A DNA stretch of 62,897 nt, filler included, from Sphacelaria rigidula (taxonomy: Eukaryota), in the NCBI GenBank assembly GCA_964200075.2. It is 11 parts of 11 records of this genome, joined end to end, with 100 filler letters (N's around TTAATTAATTAA, not from the genome) between each part and the next. Parts side by side here need not be neighbours in the genome. Positions count along the whole stretch, not along the records: positions 34,365 to 39,991 come from CAXNAA020025751.1; positions 40,092 to 45,718 come from CAXNAA020025752.1; positions 45,819 to 51,445 come from CAXNAA020025753.1; 8 more parts are not named here. One strand, written 5' to 3'. The notes under the pieces are model-generated. The model made no database searches. It was not told the origin of the DNA and saw only the letters and a program-made list of their open reading frames with translations. The translations under genes were made by a program, and so were the position numbers. This document shows, piece after piece, positions 39,441-51,445 of this stretch (the stretch's first letter is position 1; each line of letters begins with the position of its first letter).

Positions 39441-40475
39441 AGGGAGGGGGAGGGAGAGGGGTTACCCGGTTTCGGAGCGGGAGGTGCTCACGAAACAAGC
39501 GCGTCGACTCGGATACATGGCTTGTTGAAATGAAGTGGAGCAGGATTTCGTGTTGTGGAGGGCGATACGTCACACAATTTTTCACTAGTATGCGCATGCT
39601 TCAACAGGTATACGCAGAAACGATTACAGAAGCCAAATTATTCAACATCCCGAACAACTTTTCCGTGCGCATCGCAAAATATTTTTACATGTAAATATGC
39701 TAGGATAAATCAATAACGAGTAACCACTTCTTTTCATTCCGTATGGGTGATGGGGGCGGAGAGACTCGACAATAAAAGAAAGAGCATTGGAAGCAAAGGA
39801 ATAGTGTTCCATAGAGCCTGTTCAATACAGAGTAAAGTATCATTATAAAAAACCCATCATCTGATCAATCAAGCCATCAAGTTTAATACGAATTTGGCCT
39901 GTAAACTGCACTTCGGAGGGGGGGGGAGCATACTCATGATCATGCCTGCCATAGTCATCAGACCATTGACCTCGCATCCCTACAAAGCCGGNNNNNNNNN
40001 NNNNNNNNNNNNNNNNNNNNNNNNNNNNNNNNNNNTTAATTAATTAANNNNNNNNNNNNNNNNNNNNNNNNNNNNNNNNNNNNNNNNNNNNCATCATCAT
40101 GCTTGCGCTCCCGTGCAGAAACTTCTGGGTTAGGGGCACATGGTCGAAACCGGTTGCGAATCCCGAGCGTTTTGAACAAAATAAACGAAATTTCGATGGT
40201 CCGTTGAACCTCAACCCAATGTTGAACCTCAAAAACGGATCCAGGCTGTTCTTTCCCGACCACTCTTTACTCCGCCATCCGCCCTTCCTTACCGTCTTTC
40301 TCTCGATCTTGTTCGAGATAATCTCCAGCTTGTTCATTTGAATTGTATTCATGAGATATCTTCAACGTACTGGGACATCCCAATCCTTGTACTCGCCGGG
40401 GTTCTGGTTCCTTACAGTTCTTTTGCTGGCTCACCGACAATGAATAATGCCTCTAACACGGGCTCGTAGCCTGAA

Positions 40476-41173
40476 AACACAGGACCTTACAAATTGGGGA
40501 TAGATCGTTTATTGGAGATGAGAAACCCGGAGAACAAAAATCTTCGTGTCCACGCCAAATACTCGAAATATCGTTCCATTTTTTCACCTACTGATCGCTA
40601 TTGACAACTGCTACACGCCATAAAAATGACTAATGCCGAGATAGCCCCCCCACGAGAAGTGCACCGGAGACCGTACGACAAACCGGCTGCGATCCCACTA
40701 TTGGGCTCGTTTGCAGCAATTTCGCTCAAATGGAAGGCGCGTAGCAGTCCGAAATCAGCTATAACGCCCAAATGAGTCGCGTCGTGCAGCACGAAATCAG
40801 CTCTAGCGACACTTTTTGATCATCGCCTCCGTGCACGTTTTTGGCCGGTTCGGGGGGGGGCTATCTCGGCAGCAGTCAAATGTGGATTTCGATCATCGAA
40901 GTGTTGGGGTCCTAGGTGACAAAACAAATCGGAACCATCTTGGCGTCCGTTCGGACACCCGGAATTCCCTAAAATTGGTTTTTCCCCTTGGACCCCCAAC
41001 ATTTCGGTGATCGAAATCCACATTTCCATGGCGTGTAGCAGTTATCAATAGCTATCAATAGGTAAATAAATGGAACGATATTTCGAAGATTTGGTGTGGA
41101 TACGAAGATTTCATTTCTCCGGGTTTCTCATCCCCGATAAAAGATCCATCCCCAATTTGTAGCATCCCGTGTT
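40476..41173. mobile_element. Foldback MITE family B, complete copy with 4-bp TSD TGAA
   Basis: TGAA|AACACAGGACCTTACAAATTGGGGA...TCCCCAATTTGTAGCATCCCGTGTT|TGAA. Confidence 0.9.
40628..40877. mobile_element. Nested MITE with 4-bp TSD AAAT (Sola-like)
   Basis: AAAT|GACTAATGCCGAGATAGCCCCCCC...GGGGGGGCTATCTCGGCAGCAGTC|AAAT. Removing it restores the host arm. Confidence 0.8.
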
Positions 41174-41402
41174 TGAAGCCAAGTTCAACCCCTGTGACAC
41201 AAGTAACCCACGTTTGTGCCAGGCGATCTTCATGGTAAACCAGTCAGGCGTCCCACGATCGTATCTTCTATCTTTTTGCCCCGCTGCTGTACTGGTTACT
41301 TTCCTCCAGGGAGGTCATTTCCACTGTGTAAGGTTCAAGAACGACTTGCATACTACAAGGCCTTACTCACACCGGGATGTTCCGTACATCTCTCTTCCGC
41401 TC

Positions 41403-41661
41403 TGTGACGAAGTCACGCCGTCACGTTGAGTATATAGTGATGATATGGGTGATGACTTGGGAATTGTAGTGATGATATGGCTGATGACATGGACACAGGG
41501 GTGAAACCCTGATGTGGTTTATGGAGCGTATGTGCCTGGCTGGCACTCCAGGATAATAAAAGGTGTTGTTAAGGCTAACAGCTGAAACCTGAGGCCAGTG
41601 GAACTGGGGAGTCCCTCAACAGCATTAGACGCTGCAGTACTAGCAACCTGCTGGCGTCACA
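41403..41661 (+). mobile_element. 5' LTR of a chromovirus-type Gypsy element
   Basis: TGTGACG...CGTCACA inverted termini. Homologous to the LTR at 46197-46446, which follows a chromodomain and PPT. gag lies downstream. Confidence 0.9.
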
Positions 41662-41959
41662 ATATCGATATTTGTGCCAGTCGTGCTAGTAGTGCTTTCG
41701 TTAGTGACTGCTGGAAATTCTTCAGTAGAGAGGAGTCTGAACAGCTTCGGACATATTGCTTCACGGACGCGTGAGGAGGGTTCAAGCTGAGGTAGCTGCA
41801 AAGGCGGCTAGCCCTTGATTGATCCAGGCTGGAGACTTGCTGGAGCTGCGTGCAGCGGGTGTTTATAGGACCCCACGGCAGTGTGGTGCGGCGACGAAGG
41901 CAGGTGTGAATTGTGGACTTCGAGAAGGTTCACAAGCCTTTGATTAAGTCCGCTCGGAA

Positions 41960-43480
41960 ATGTCGACTGCAGGAGTACCAACCGAAGAGCCAGCGGAGAC
42001 GACCGTAACCCCAGTTGATTTGAGAGAGGAGTTGCGGCCTCCCATTACGAGAAATTGTATTCTGAGTGTGCTTCTCGTTCGTTTTCTACGAAATATGTGG
42101 AGTACGCTAAGGCATCAGGTGGTATCAATGGCGCAACTCGTGCCTACACCCCTCCAACGTGGTTTTGGGAGAATATTCCACGAGAAGAACACAGTAACGC
42201 GGCAGTTGGCTGCGGCGATTAGGAAGCATGCAGGGCATGCAGCGGGCGCTGAGGTAAAGCTAACCCAGGTGTCCGCGGCCGTGGCGAAGGCTGTCGCCAT
42301 GAACCACAAGGAAAATACCATGCGTGAGAGGGTGGAGCCATTCATGGGAAAGTCGAAGACATATTTTTCGGAAAATCCCAACGTCGAGATGTTTTATTCT
42401 TCATGCGATGGGAAATTCCGTCCAGGGCCCGCTGCGGTGATCACGAAAGCGATGGTGGAGGGTCTGGCACCGGCGGAATTCAAACAGGCCGTGGTTGTGC
42501 AATTACAGCACGGAACCAATTGGAAGTCAGACCCGTACGTAGTATGGATGCCGTGGTGGCTGAGGTTCAGGCATGGCGGAAGATTGAAGTATTCGTGAAA
42601 TCTTCCACTTCTTCGCCGTAGTCTTCGAGCTCGTGTAACCGCGAATCAAAATCCGCAGGCAGTGCCGCCGCCAGCCCCACTTGCTTTCAGTGTGGCCAGG
42701 TAGGCCACTACGCACGCAGGTGCCCAACGCCTTCCGAGCGGGAGTGTGGGCAGACAAGTGCCGTGCGCCGTCGCAATCACAAAGGAGGAAAAGGCAGTCG
42801 GGGTGGTGGCGGAGGCGGATTCCCCAGCGGTGGAGGTGTGCAGTCGAGCTCCCAGTCCTAGCAGCAGCAGGGACAGCGGCTTCAGCAGGGGTCCGGTTCT
42901 GGGTCCAGCTCAGCCGCAGGGGCTGCTACTCCGCAACGGGCGGTGCCGGTGGGACCGACCACTCAAGTGTCGAGCTCGGTGCCGGTGCCGCAGGCAGCAG
43001 AGCAAGGCGAGACGCCTGCTGCTGAGCCGGCCGGATTTGAGCTGAAATTTGGATCCGCTGCTGCGTCGGCCGGAGTACCGCTGCAATTTGGTTCTGCGGG
43101 CGGGGCTTCGTACCCGCCGGCGGTGCCGGTTACCCCAGGGGGAGCGTCTATGCTCGCGCCGCACGCGCAGTCGTGGCGCCAAGTCGGGGTCACGACCAAT
43201 CAGTCGGCGGAGCAGGTGCCGGTCGAGTATCAAGAAAATATATATTCCTACAGAGATATATCTCCCGAATCAACGGGTGCGGGGAGCCATATCGGTCAAC
43301 GCTGTGTTGGATTCAGGCGCCCATCTCACGAGCGTGTCGGTGCTGATTGTGAAGGTGCTGGAGCGCCTACTCTCTGATGAACAAATCCGCATTCCGTTCT
43401 CGCTTGGGGCGCGGCAGGCCATTACCGCATTGGGGCAACGTGTAAATGTCACGGAGCGTACGATTCCCCTACAGTTAACA
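41960..43480 (+). pseudogene. gag: Gypsy gag plus protease, frameshifted and truncated
   Basis: Gag-like ORF 41960-42598. Canonical CFQCGQVGHYARRC knuckle at 42682-42723 in another frame. Protease motif AVLDSGAHLTSVS near 43280-43320. Confidence 0.85.
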
Positions 43481-43499
43481 GGGGATTCTATAAAATGAG

Positions 43500-44795
43500 G
43501 TTCATCAATGAAATGAGGTTTGAAGACCCTAGCCGTTGAATGACAAAAAGCTCTCAGGAGTACCGCACGACATCGCTGATGTGCAGTGTTTGGGAGGAGT
43601 AGGAAGTACATCTGTGGTTTTACATGCCGCCCATCCCTGGTTAGCTGCGGGCGACGGAGCATAACAACGTTTGTTTGATTGTCGACGATGTCTTCACTGT
43701 TGTTTGTCTCGAGGATCGTGTCCAGACAAAGATCTCGGGCGTCAAGTTGCTGTCGGTAAGGTCAGTAAGGTACTGTCAGTGACGTGGTGGGGGGATATCA
43801 CTGCCAACACAGTGATGTGCCGAGCGGATGATTGGGCGTCCACTGTCCTGAAGAATTGACGGCCGATGCACAACGTGAATAATTTATTGCACGACTCAAC
43901 CGTACTGCAAATACCCGTCGAGCTTTCCAATCCGGTTCGAGCATATATGAGGCGGCAATGTCTCTGTCGAAAGAGAAATCGTTGGCATCCACCCCAAGAT
44001 CGCTTCGTACGGTCCCGCCATACACACCATCGCAACACTGCATCATGCTACACGACAGCATCTCGACCCCGCCCTGGACTGTACGTTCGCGCCCGCATCC
44101 CGACCTGTATGTGAACCTATTGCTTTCACTCTCCAACTGCGCCACTGCAACTCGAGACTCCAGCGTCACCACTAGTTGCTATTGCAATCACCGTCGCCAT
44201 CACTTCCAGTATCATAGTCATCGTGGTCATCATCGGGGGCTACCTCGTCCTCCAACCCCTCTCGACTCGTGTCTCGTCTGGCCCTCCGCCACCTTTGCTC
44301 GAATCCCGACCCACCTACGACCAGATCCCCGGGAGTGATCGTGATAGGCTGCTTCGCGGTGAGCCTCCCTTTCCTCTCTCGACTCTCTTGCACACTGGCT
44401 ATTACAACATGCTGCGAATCATCTGCGCCGCCTATCGCAGCGGCAATGTACGAGTCTCTGGGGCCATTGTGCGGTATTTTCGACCTGATCCCCATCGCAA
44501 CCCCCTCCCCGCCCGTATCCCATTCCAAATGGTAGAATGGGCAGGTGTCTGAGACCTCCAAATACAGGGCCGCTTCCGGCTGGCAGGCTTCCCTGCCGGG
44601 TTCTACGAGACGCCTGAGTTGTCTGTTGGATGCGACCAAGACCATGCGAATACATTGCTGATGCAGGATTTCTTGAGGTATCGAATCCACAGCCTCTCTA
44701 GGCATGTTGTATACCCTGTACTTTCCCCACAAGGGAATTTCAGGGTATACGATCTTCTGCTGGCCAGGCTTCGTTATGAGGAACATCTCGTTCAT
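43500..44795 (-). pseudogene. Degenerate Mutator-like (MULE) transposase
   Basis: CPFYHLEW...H segment resembling a FAR1/WRKY-like zinc finger, then DGRHVK...LPNTAHQRC resembling the MULE D...P...H..C..H motif. Multiple frameshifts. Confidence 0.5.
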
Positions 44796-45598
44796 TTGAT
44801 TGAATGTCGAACGCTGCGACCGAAATCAACGGTGGACAAGGTAGAGACGACCGGCGGCAACGAACATGAGAAAGTCGGTTCGGGATACGGAGGAGGGGCG
44901 GTGGTTGGAATCAGTGCTCGACAGGGGTCTCAAAACCACGGGTGTGTAATTGTTCCCGAAACCACATGTCCCCCGGGCATCGCGATGTGTACGCGCCCAT
45001 AAACGGACCCGAAAAAAAATGTTTTTTCACGAAGTGCGGTAAAGCGGGAGGGAAAAAAACTCGATACCACGCAGTAAAAAAACTACATCTCCAACGGTGC
45101 ACGAAAAAACAAAAACGCGCACCTACTTTCCATTTTGTTTTTTGGACCTCTCAGGGTGGTAGGGGGAGGGGGCGTACTCGTCTGTTGCTTGCCTTCGTCG
45201 TTTGACCATTGACCACGCATCTTTTTCGAGACGGAGCACCGTTCCTACTTCTAATAGAGATACCTCCAACATTCTGGCGCTCATTACGTTCCTTCAGCAG
45301 CTCACTACGTTTTCCCCATACATTACACAAAAACCTTTTACATATCTTATCCCCGTTCTGTTCTGCCGTCCCTGGCCACCACCTATCTCCTAGTGTAGAT
45401 ATCGTGTTTTCCCTACTGCTTCATGCATCAAACGATTGCATACCACCTTCGTTCACGTCTCGCATTTCCCCCTCTAGCACGTCCCGTGCCGTCCCGTTTG
45501 GGTAGGGGGGGGGAGGGGTTCATAGGTGTGCGGGTTGTTTTTTCCTCGTGCACCCCCGACATCCCTTCAAATCGTGAGACAGTCGCGTACATATCAGG

Positions 45599-45718
45599 CA
45601 GTGTTGCATATCACCTATCGAATATCGATATGATTTCGATAAATATCGCGATATGCCATATCGTTATCGGAGCGTAGAAAACCGATAAATGTGATATTTA
45701 TCAATATCGAATATCGAA
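45599..45718 (+). mobile_element. hAT-like element terminus, cut by the contig end
   Basis: CAGTGTTGCA terminus followed by dense TATCG/CGATA subterminal repeats. Confidence 0.55.
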
Positions 45719-45818
45719 NNNNNNNNNNNNNNNNNNNNNNNNNNNNNNNNNNNNNNNNNNNNTTAATTAATTAANNNNNNNNNNNNNNNNNNNNNNNNNN
45801 NNNNNNNNNNNNNNNNNN

Positions 45819-46117
45819 TGCGTTTTTATGCAGACTCGCAGCATAATGTTACGGAAGATGTGAAGGATGTGTTTCAGCACGCTTTTAAACAGGGGCAATT
45901 TCAGATGGCTGGGATTGTTCGCGCGGCAGAGGTAGAGGATCGTTCGTTGATCGTATTGGTCGACTGGGTAGGTTTTGAAGTCGAGGAGCGTACGTGGGAG
46001 CCTTTTAAAAATATTTTTGAGGCAGCTCCGGAATTTCTCAAGAAGGAATTGCGTAAGGTACGAGTGACTCGTTCCATTGCTGCTCGCATTACGCGTGAGT
46101 TTGGGATTCAGTTGTGA
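45819..46117 (+). CDS. pol: C-terminus of a chromovirus integrase: chromodomain (5' partial)
   Basis: FQMAGIVRAAEVEDRSLIVLVDWVGFEVEERTWEPFKNIFEAAPEFLKKEL fits the chromodomain LV.W.G....TWEP..N pattern. Followed by a G-rich tract and an LTR. Confidence 0.88.
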
Positions 46118-46196
46118 CTTGCTCAATCGTTTTGGCGTTAGTTTTTCGAGTGTCAAGCTTGTTGCTCGATTCTCGTCCAACGCGCTTTGGGGGTGC

Positions 46197-46446
46197 TGTG
46201 GCGAAATCACGCCGTCACGGTTGAGTATAGAGTGGATCCTGGATGACGACCAGGGGACAAGGGCATCCTGTGGATGATGACACTTGCTGTGTAGCCCAGG
46301 CCTGATGGTAGGCTACAGGGGTTTACTCCGAGATAATAATAAGGTGCTGTAAAGGCTGACAACTGAGAACCTTGAGGCTAGTGGAGCTGGGGAGTCCCTC
46401 AACAGCATTTAGACGCTGCAGTACTAGCAAACCTGCTAGCGTCACG
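46197..46446 (+). mobile_element. 3' LTR of a chromovirus, preceded by PPT TTGGGGGTGC
   Basis: TGTGGCGAAATCACGCCGTCACG...CTGCTAGCGTCACG. Same family as 41403-41661, but a different copy. Confidence 0.88.
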
Positions 46447-47041
46447 GGCCATAGATTGACGATGACAATTCTTTCGCGCATCGCACCACGCAAATTCCAG
46501 ACATTATCGTTATAGTTCGAGTGACGCCCTTACACGTGCGCAAGGGTGCGCAGGAAGGCGGAGCTGAGACCGGAGTCGTCGCTCGGCACGTTCCCACTAA
46601 ATTCTCTCAATCTATCCCTGGGCACTACTTGTAGATCTGTCTTGACGTACACGTACAACACGTGCCTCCCGGAATGCCAGTGGGCATCGAACGAGGCGAA
46701 CGCGCTAGTGCCACCCCCAGTAGTGCAATCGGACTTGAGTCATTTCCACTGCAAACGGAACTGCGTGACGTAGTGGGCGTCCACCCAGATGAGATACACA
46801 ACCCAGATCAAGGAATACTTTACGCCTAAAGAGAGAGTCTCGGACGCGTCGGGGGAAACGCCAACGACTGCGTCGACACCAGCAGCACTCGACCAAATAT
46901 ATAGGCGGTCGGGAGCGTTGATAGCCGAGAAAGGCAGGAAATTCCAAAAACACATGTCCGATGGGATGATCCCGCATGAAGGACAAACTCCCGCCCCGAG
47001 GTAAGAAAAGTCAAGACAAGTACCCCCAAAAAATAAATAAA

Positions 47042-47155
47042 TCACGGCGGCCTGCAGAGTTCTACTATTTCCGTGAGGAACCATGAAGATAGCTAAATCA
47101 ACCACGGCGGCTTGCAGAGTTCTACTATTTCCGTCAGGAACCATGAAGATAGCTG
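47042..47155. repeat. Tandem duplication of a 60-bp unit
   Basis: CACGGCGGC(C/T)TGCAGAGTTCTACTATTTCCGT(G/C)AGGAACCATGAAGATAGCT occurs twice. Confidence 0.9.
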
Positions 47156-47967
47156 GGTCACGCAACGCCGCAGATTGCTCGGGCGTTATCGTCCGCAGGC
47201 TGTGGTCGTCTACGGAGCAAGTAAGGTGGCGCCTCCACGAGATCCCTACAGATTCTCGCGTAAGCAAAACCAGTTGGAGATTGCTGGCGCGTGTCCAGCC
47301 AGTTCGCTGGCACGTGAGGCTTGTGTCTTTGGCAAATGGCTTCGAACACGCTCGCCGTGTCGCCTATTTGATCACCGCTTCCGGGTAAACCGCCGTCCGA
47401 CACGACGAAGTCGCGCGATTCCGCCAGCTTCACCTGGTCAAGGTTAGTTGGCATTTGGGAGAGTTAGACGATGAAAGAGAGCTACGTAGCCGGAGCAGCC
47501 CCAGACTGGTAGTATTCAGGAAGTGCGATTTAGTGAATATCTACTCGGCGAGTCAGAAACGAAGGATTCGTCCGGTCGGTCAGAATAGAACCGCAGAATT
47601 GCAAAAGGCCATCTGCAGAAGGCCTTCGGTGCACCTTTCCTAGCTCCGTTGCCTCTTTAGGGCCAAGCGCCTTTGATCGATCGACTCTTTCGGGCTCTGA
47701 GGGCGTGTCTCAGCACTTCGTTTTTCGATCGAAAAATTGCGGTCGACTTTTGTTTTGCCGATCTCATAGGCCCACCGCATTTACGTTCCTTGAAGGCTTC
47801 TACTCAAAATTATAACTAGCGGCGCGCGGAGAAGAATGCAACGAGGTATACAACAACCGTCTGAGATTGAAAACATGCGGTCGAAAGGCACAAATCGGCA
47901 CTTGACTCCTATCTTACAAATAGGCTTCCACTTGTGATGCTAGGAAGGTTTTTTATAATGCTAGTAA

Positions 47968-48171
47968 TAGAGAGTTTCGAAAAACGCTTTTTTTTCATTT
48001 CAGAGTGCAAATATCTCAGGACCAGAGTGCAGAATCATAAAAAAACAGCTCATCGAAAAGAAGTCAAGGGGATATCACATTTGACGGAGGGGGAAATAAT
48101 TTTTCGGTACACTCTGATCCTGAGATATTTACACTCTGAAATGACAAAAAAGGGTTTTCCGAAAATCTCCA
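47968..48171. mobile_element. MITE, same family as 16761-16970
   Basis: Same TIRs with the core inverted. Confidence 0.85.
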
Positions 48172-50070
48172 AAATCACCAAAAATAATGCTCGTAAGGTG
48201 GAATTTATGCTCGATTTATGCTCGCATGTTCAAACAAATTATGCTTGATTTATGCTCGCAACGTGGAATTCATGCTCGATTATGCTCGTACTATCCAACA
48301 AGGATGACATTCTTGACTGGATACAGACCCAACGATCACTATATGCATGTTATATATACAGTGGGGGGCTCTCAGTAGTGGCGGTATGTGGCCACCACGG
48401 ACACCGGTACTACTCTAAAAAGTGCCAAAATAGGTCCAATTGAGGGCTCTGAATACCTCAGTAGAGTAATGCCGGTTCTGGCACTACTGACGACCGCCCG
48501 TTCGTACAATGCTACGCTTGCCGTTCGTGGAACCAACGAAAGCACAAAACGGACGAGGACCTTTGTTTCAAGGGGTTTCGATAGGATACGTCACGTAAGG
48601 TTCCGGGGTAGCAGAACTTAACCCGATGTTTTTTCGTTTTTCACATTTAACTTGATTGATCCTGTTCACAGGTTGATCATTTCCTTCCCTACTAGCAAAA
48701 CAGTAGCAGTACGGCCACAAAAGTTGCTCATGCCGAAATACCTTCCCGACAAGAAAAACAAGGACACATCTGCACCCAACGCAACTAAAAAGGTGGGGCA
48801 TCTGGTGTGGAAAAAAACTCACGAAAGAGTACACCGCCTACCAAAAGGAGTGAGTGAGAAAGAATGAACCATACCCCTTTTCACTTCCAACCGGCTACCG
48901 AGACAAGGAGAGCAACAGGCAACAGACGACAGCAGTACAGAAGTACTACTGTACAGGGCCTACAGCGCTCTGAACAGTTGACAAGTAAGTGATGATGCGA
49001 TACAGGACCACTCCCGCTACTTGTGCTGCCACTTGGATAGCCTGCACAGTACACAGACACAGTGCACGGAGAGCGTGGTGTCTTGTACAACAGCAGTGCA
49101 ACAACGACAGTATGATATGGCGGTATGCTCGATGGCACGCAGTTGATGCATACTGCATACAGTCCGTCTTGTCAGAGCATCCATACAATCAAGCATGCGC
49201 GGTGCTTGGCTGACCAAGAACACAAGACGATTCTTTGCTCGTCAATATCGAGCAAAGAGGTTATCGCCGCAGGCTTGCGGTCTTCTGCCCTACGACAAGA
49301 TGCTTTCTTTACTGCCCTGCTGTGGATGGCTGTGAAGTGCGCCTCGCCGTTGTTTCGTGTGCAGCATTTCGATTTGAAATTGGCTTTGTCGTGGATTGGT
49401 TTTGAACACTCATTCGAAGAGCATATAATATTATAAATCTCCCGTGGGTGTCATATTACGTATACATTTCCTCTATCTACAGGCAGTCAGCCATGGCTCA
49501 TTTGTCAAAGTCGTGTCCATATTGTCCACGCTGTGTCAGTGTTATTCCTTTTCGATAATATGGAGGGATTAGGGTGCGAGATGTGTAACGTCCAGTACCG
49601 TAAGTTGCTCTGTGATCGCACAGGGCGTGAATTTCGCACAGGGGTCGTGAGAACGCACCCCTGTGCGATCAAAACACGGTTTGAAACGATTTAATTGTGT
49701 TTTCGCACAGGGGGCGTTGTTTTTGCACAGGGGTGCGATCTCAAGGATGAAATGCGTCTCAGCCACCTTCCGGGCGTGAGGACGCGTGCGCGCGGATGGG
49801 TCTTATGTTCATGTGAACAGGTACACTGAGTGAACATGCACATGTGCGGGTAGATTAATGCAGACGTGCGGGTATTCGTAGTCGAGTGTGTGTGACTACA
49901 GCACCCTGCTCACGGCAGCTACGACGCTGCCTACTGAGCCCACTCAACATCTGATCCCTCAGTCATAGGGTCAACTCAGTCGAGGCACTCTCCAATAACA
50001 CAAAAGACAAAACTACCTATCCATCGCCACGGGCCACGGAATACACTAGTATTACAATCGGTTGGGCAGC

Positions 50071-51445
50071 ATGGCGGAACAAGGTGATAGGCCTGCTACA
50101 GTTAGGGGTGAGCACGGTGTTACAGAGCAGTTGCAGGAAGTATGTAGTCAGGCCAGTTCCTTGGCTCAGCTCATACGTGATATGCAGCTAAGCCAAGCTA
50201 CATTACAGAGTAGCATGGACCGTATAAAGGCAGAAAGAGAGGCCGGGGGCGCAGAAAACAACGGCGTCCTCGATAGTGAAGGTTCCCATAGTCAACAGGG
50301 GGAATTCAACATAAATAGAACAGCAGAGCGACGCGGTGCTGGAGTTCGACGAGAGCAACGGTACATCGGGAGCCAAGCTGTTCCAGAGGACGGAGCGCGC
50401 GACGCAATGGACAACGAGGCCACCAGTGACGAAGCTAGGGGCTTTGTCCCCGCACGTGAGTCAATCCAAATAAACGATACAAGTGGAAATGTGTCAGGGG
50501 TTCCCGCTTTTCGACAGAACGTCCCATATTTTTCAGGGAAGAGCGCTGATTATGCTCAGTACAGGCACGAACTGGTCAACTTCGCAAGGGGCGAAGGAAT
50601 TGGCTGGGTGTTCACCATGGCCGGCGATAGTTCTTACGATATAGACGTCGTTAATCCTGAAATAGAAGTGGGGTATCTAGAGAGAAGACATGGGAAGGAC
50701 ACAGTGCCAGCCAACGTGAGGGCCAGACGAATGTTTGTAGCTATTTTAGAAGGAAGGAGAGAGCACGATATGTTGCTTAGAATCCACTCACCTGCTGCGG
50801 TTTGGAGAAAACTCGAGGATGTCTTTCGCCCCGAAATAAATGGGGCGAGAACCGCTTTGTTGGAAAAGTTCGATGGAGTCAAGATTGGTGTCCGTGATGA
50901 TCTAGAGCAGAAGCTGCTCGAGATGGAGGAACTTGCACGAAACCTGAATTCATACGAGGAGCATGAACGACTGAGCGAAAACCATATTCTCTTGAAATTC
51001 CTCAACGCGCTGCCTTCGAGTATCACATCCAGAAACAACTGCTCGAGGATCGAGAGGGACCGCTGACACGGGAGGTTGTGTTGACTTCGATTCGAAAGCG
51101 CCTCGAATCAACATCTTTGAAGCAGGAACTTGCCCGGGGAAGGAAGTCATCCCCGGGCGACCAGGCTCTCCTTGCCAGGGGTGGGACCGGAAAACCGAGC
51201 GGTGCGCACCGCAAGGGAAAACCGGGAAAACCCCAGGGCTCTGGTCAGAAAAATGGCGGGAGCCAGAGTTCAAGTAGCTCTGGGTCGGCATCGTCGGACG
51301 GCAAACCGGCGACCGAGCAGCTGCTCCGCTGCCACATTTGCGACGAGAACACGACGCATCGAGCCAGGAACTGCCCGAAGAGATACTGCGGGAGGTGCGG
51401 TCAGCAGGGGCACACGTTCTGGGACTGTCCGAGATCGACAGCGAA
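50071..51445 (+). pseudogene. gag: Ty1/Copia gag with one frameshift and two zinc knuckles (3' truncated at the contig end)
   Basis: Copia gag pattern FSGKSADY...SPAAVWRKLEDVF...ILLKFLNALP(EY). Frame change near 51015. Knuckles CHICDENTTHRARNC and CGRCGQQGHTFWDC at 51330-51428. A possible LTR TG...CA at about 49806-50056 is uncertain. Confidence 0.85.

Noticed and set aside
41403..46446. Two related LTRs about 4.8 kb apart that look like one intact element
   Set aside because: They are on different contigs, differ in the U3 region, and have non-matching flanks (CGCTC versus GGCCA).
47150..47400. CPASSLARE fragment resembling a hAT dimerisation motif
   Set aside because: Too degenerate to call.
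48185..48290. Short repeated TTATGCTCG units (similar short-unit arrays near 33510-33620 and 49610-49740) as a CRISPR-like array
   Set aside because: The units are short and irregular with no constant repeat-spacer period and no cas genes. They are typical transposon subterminal repeats.
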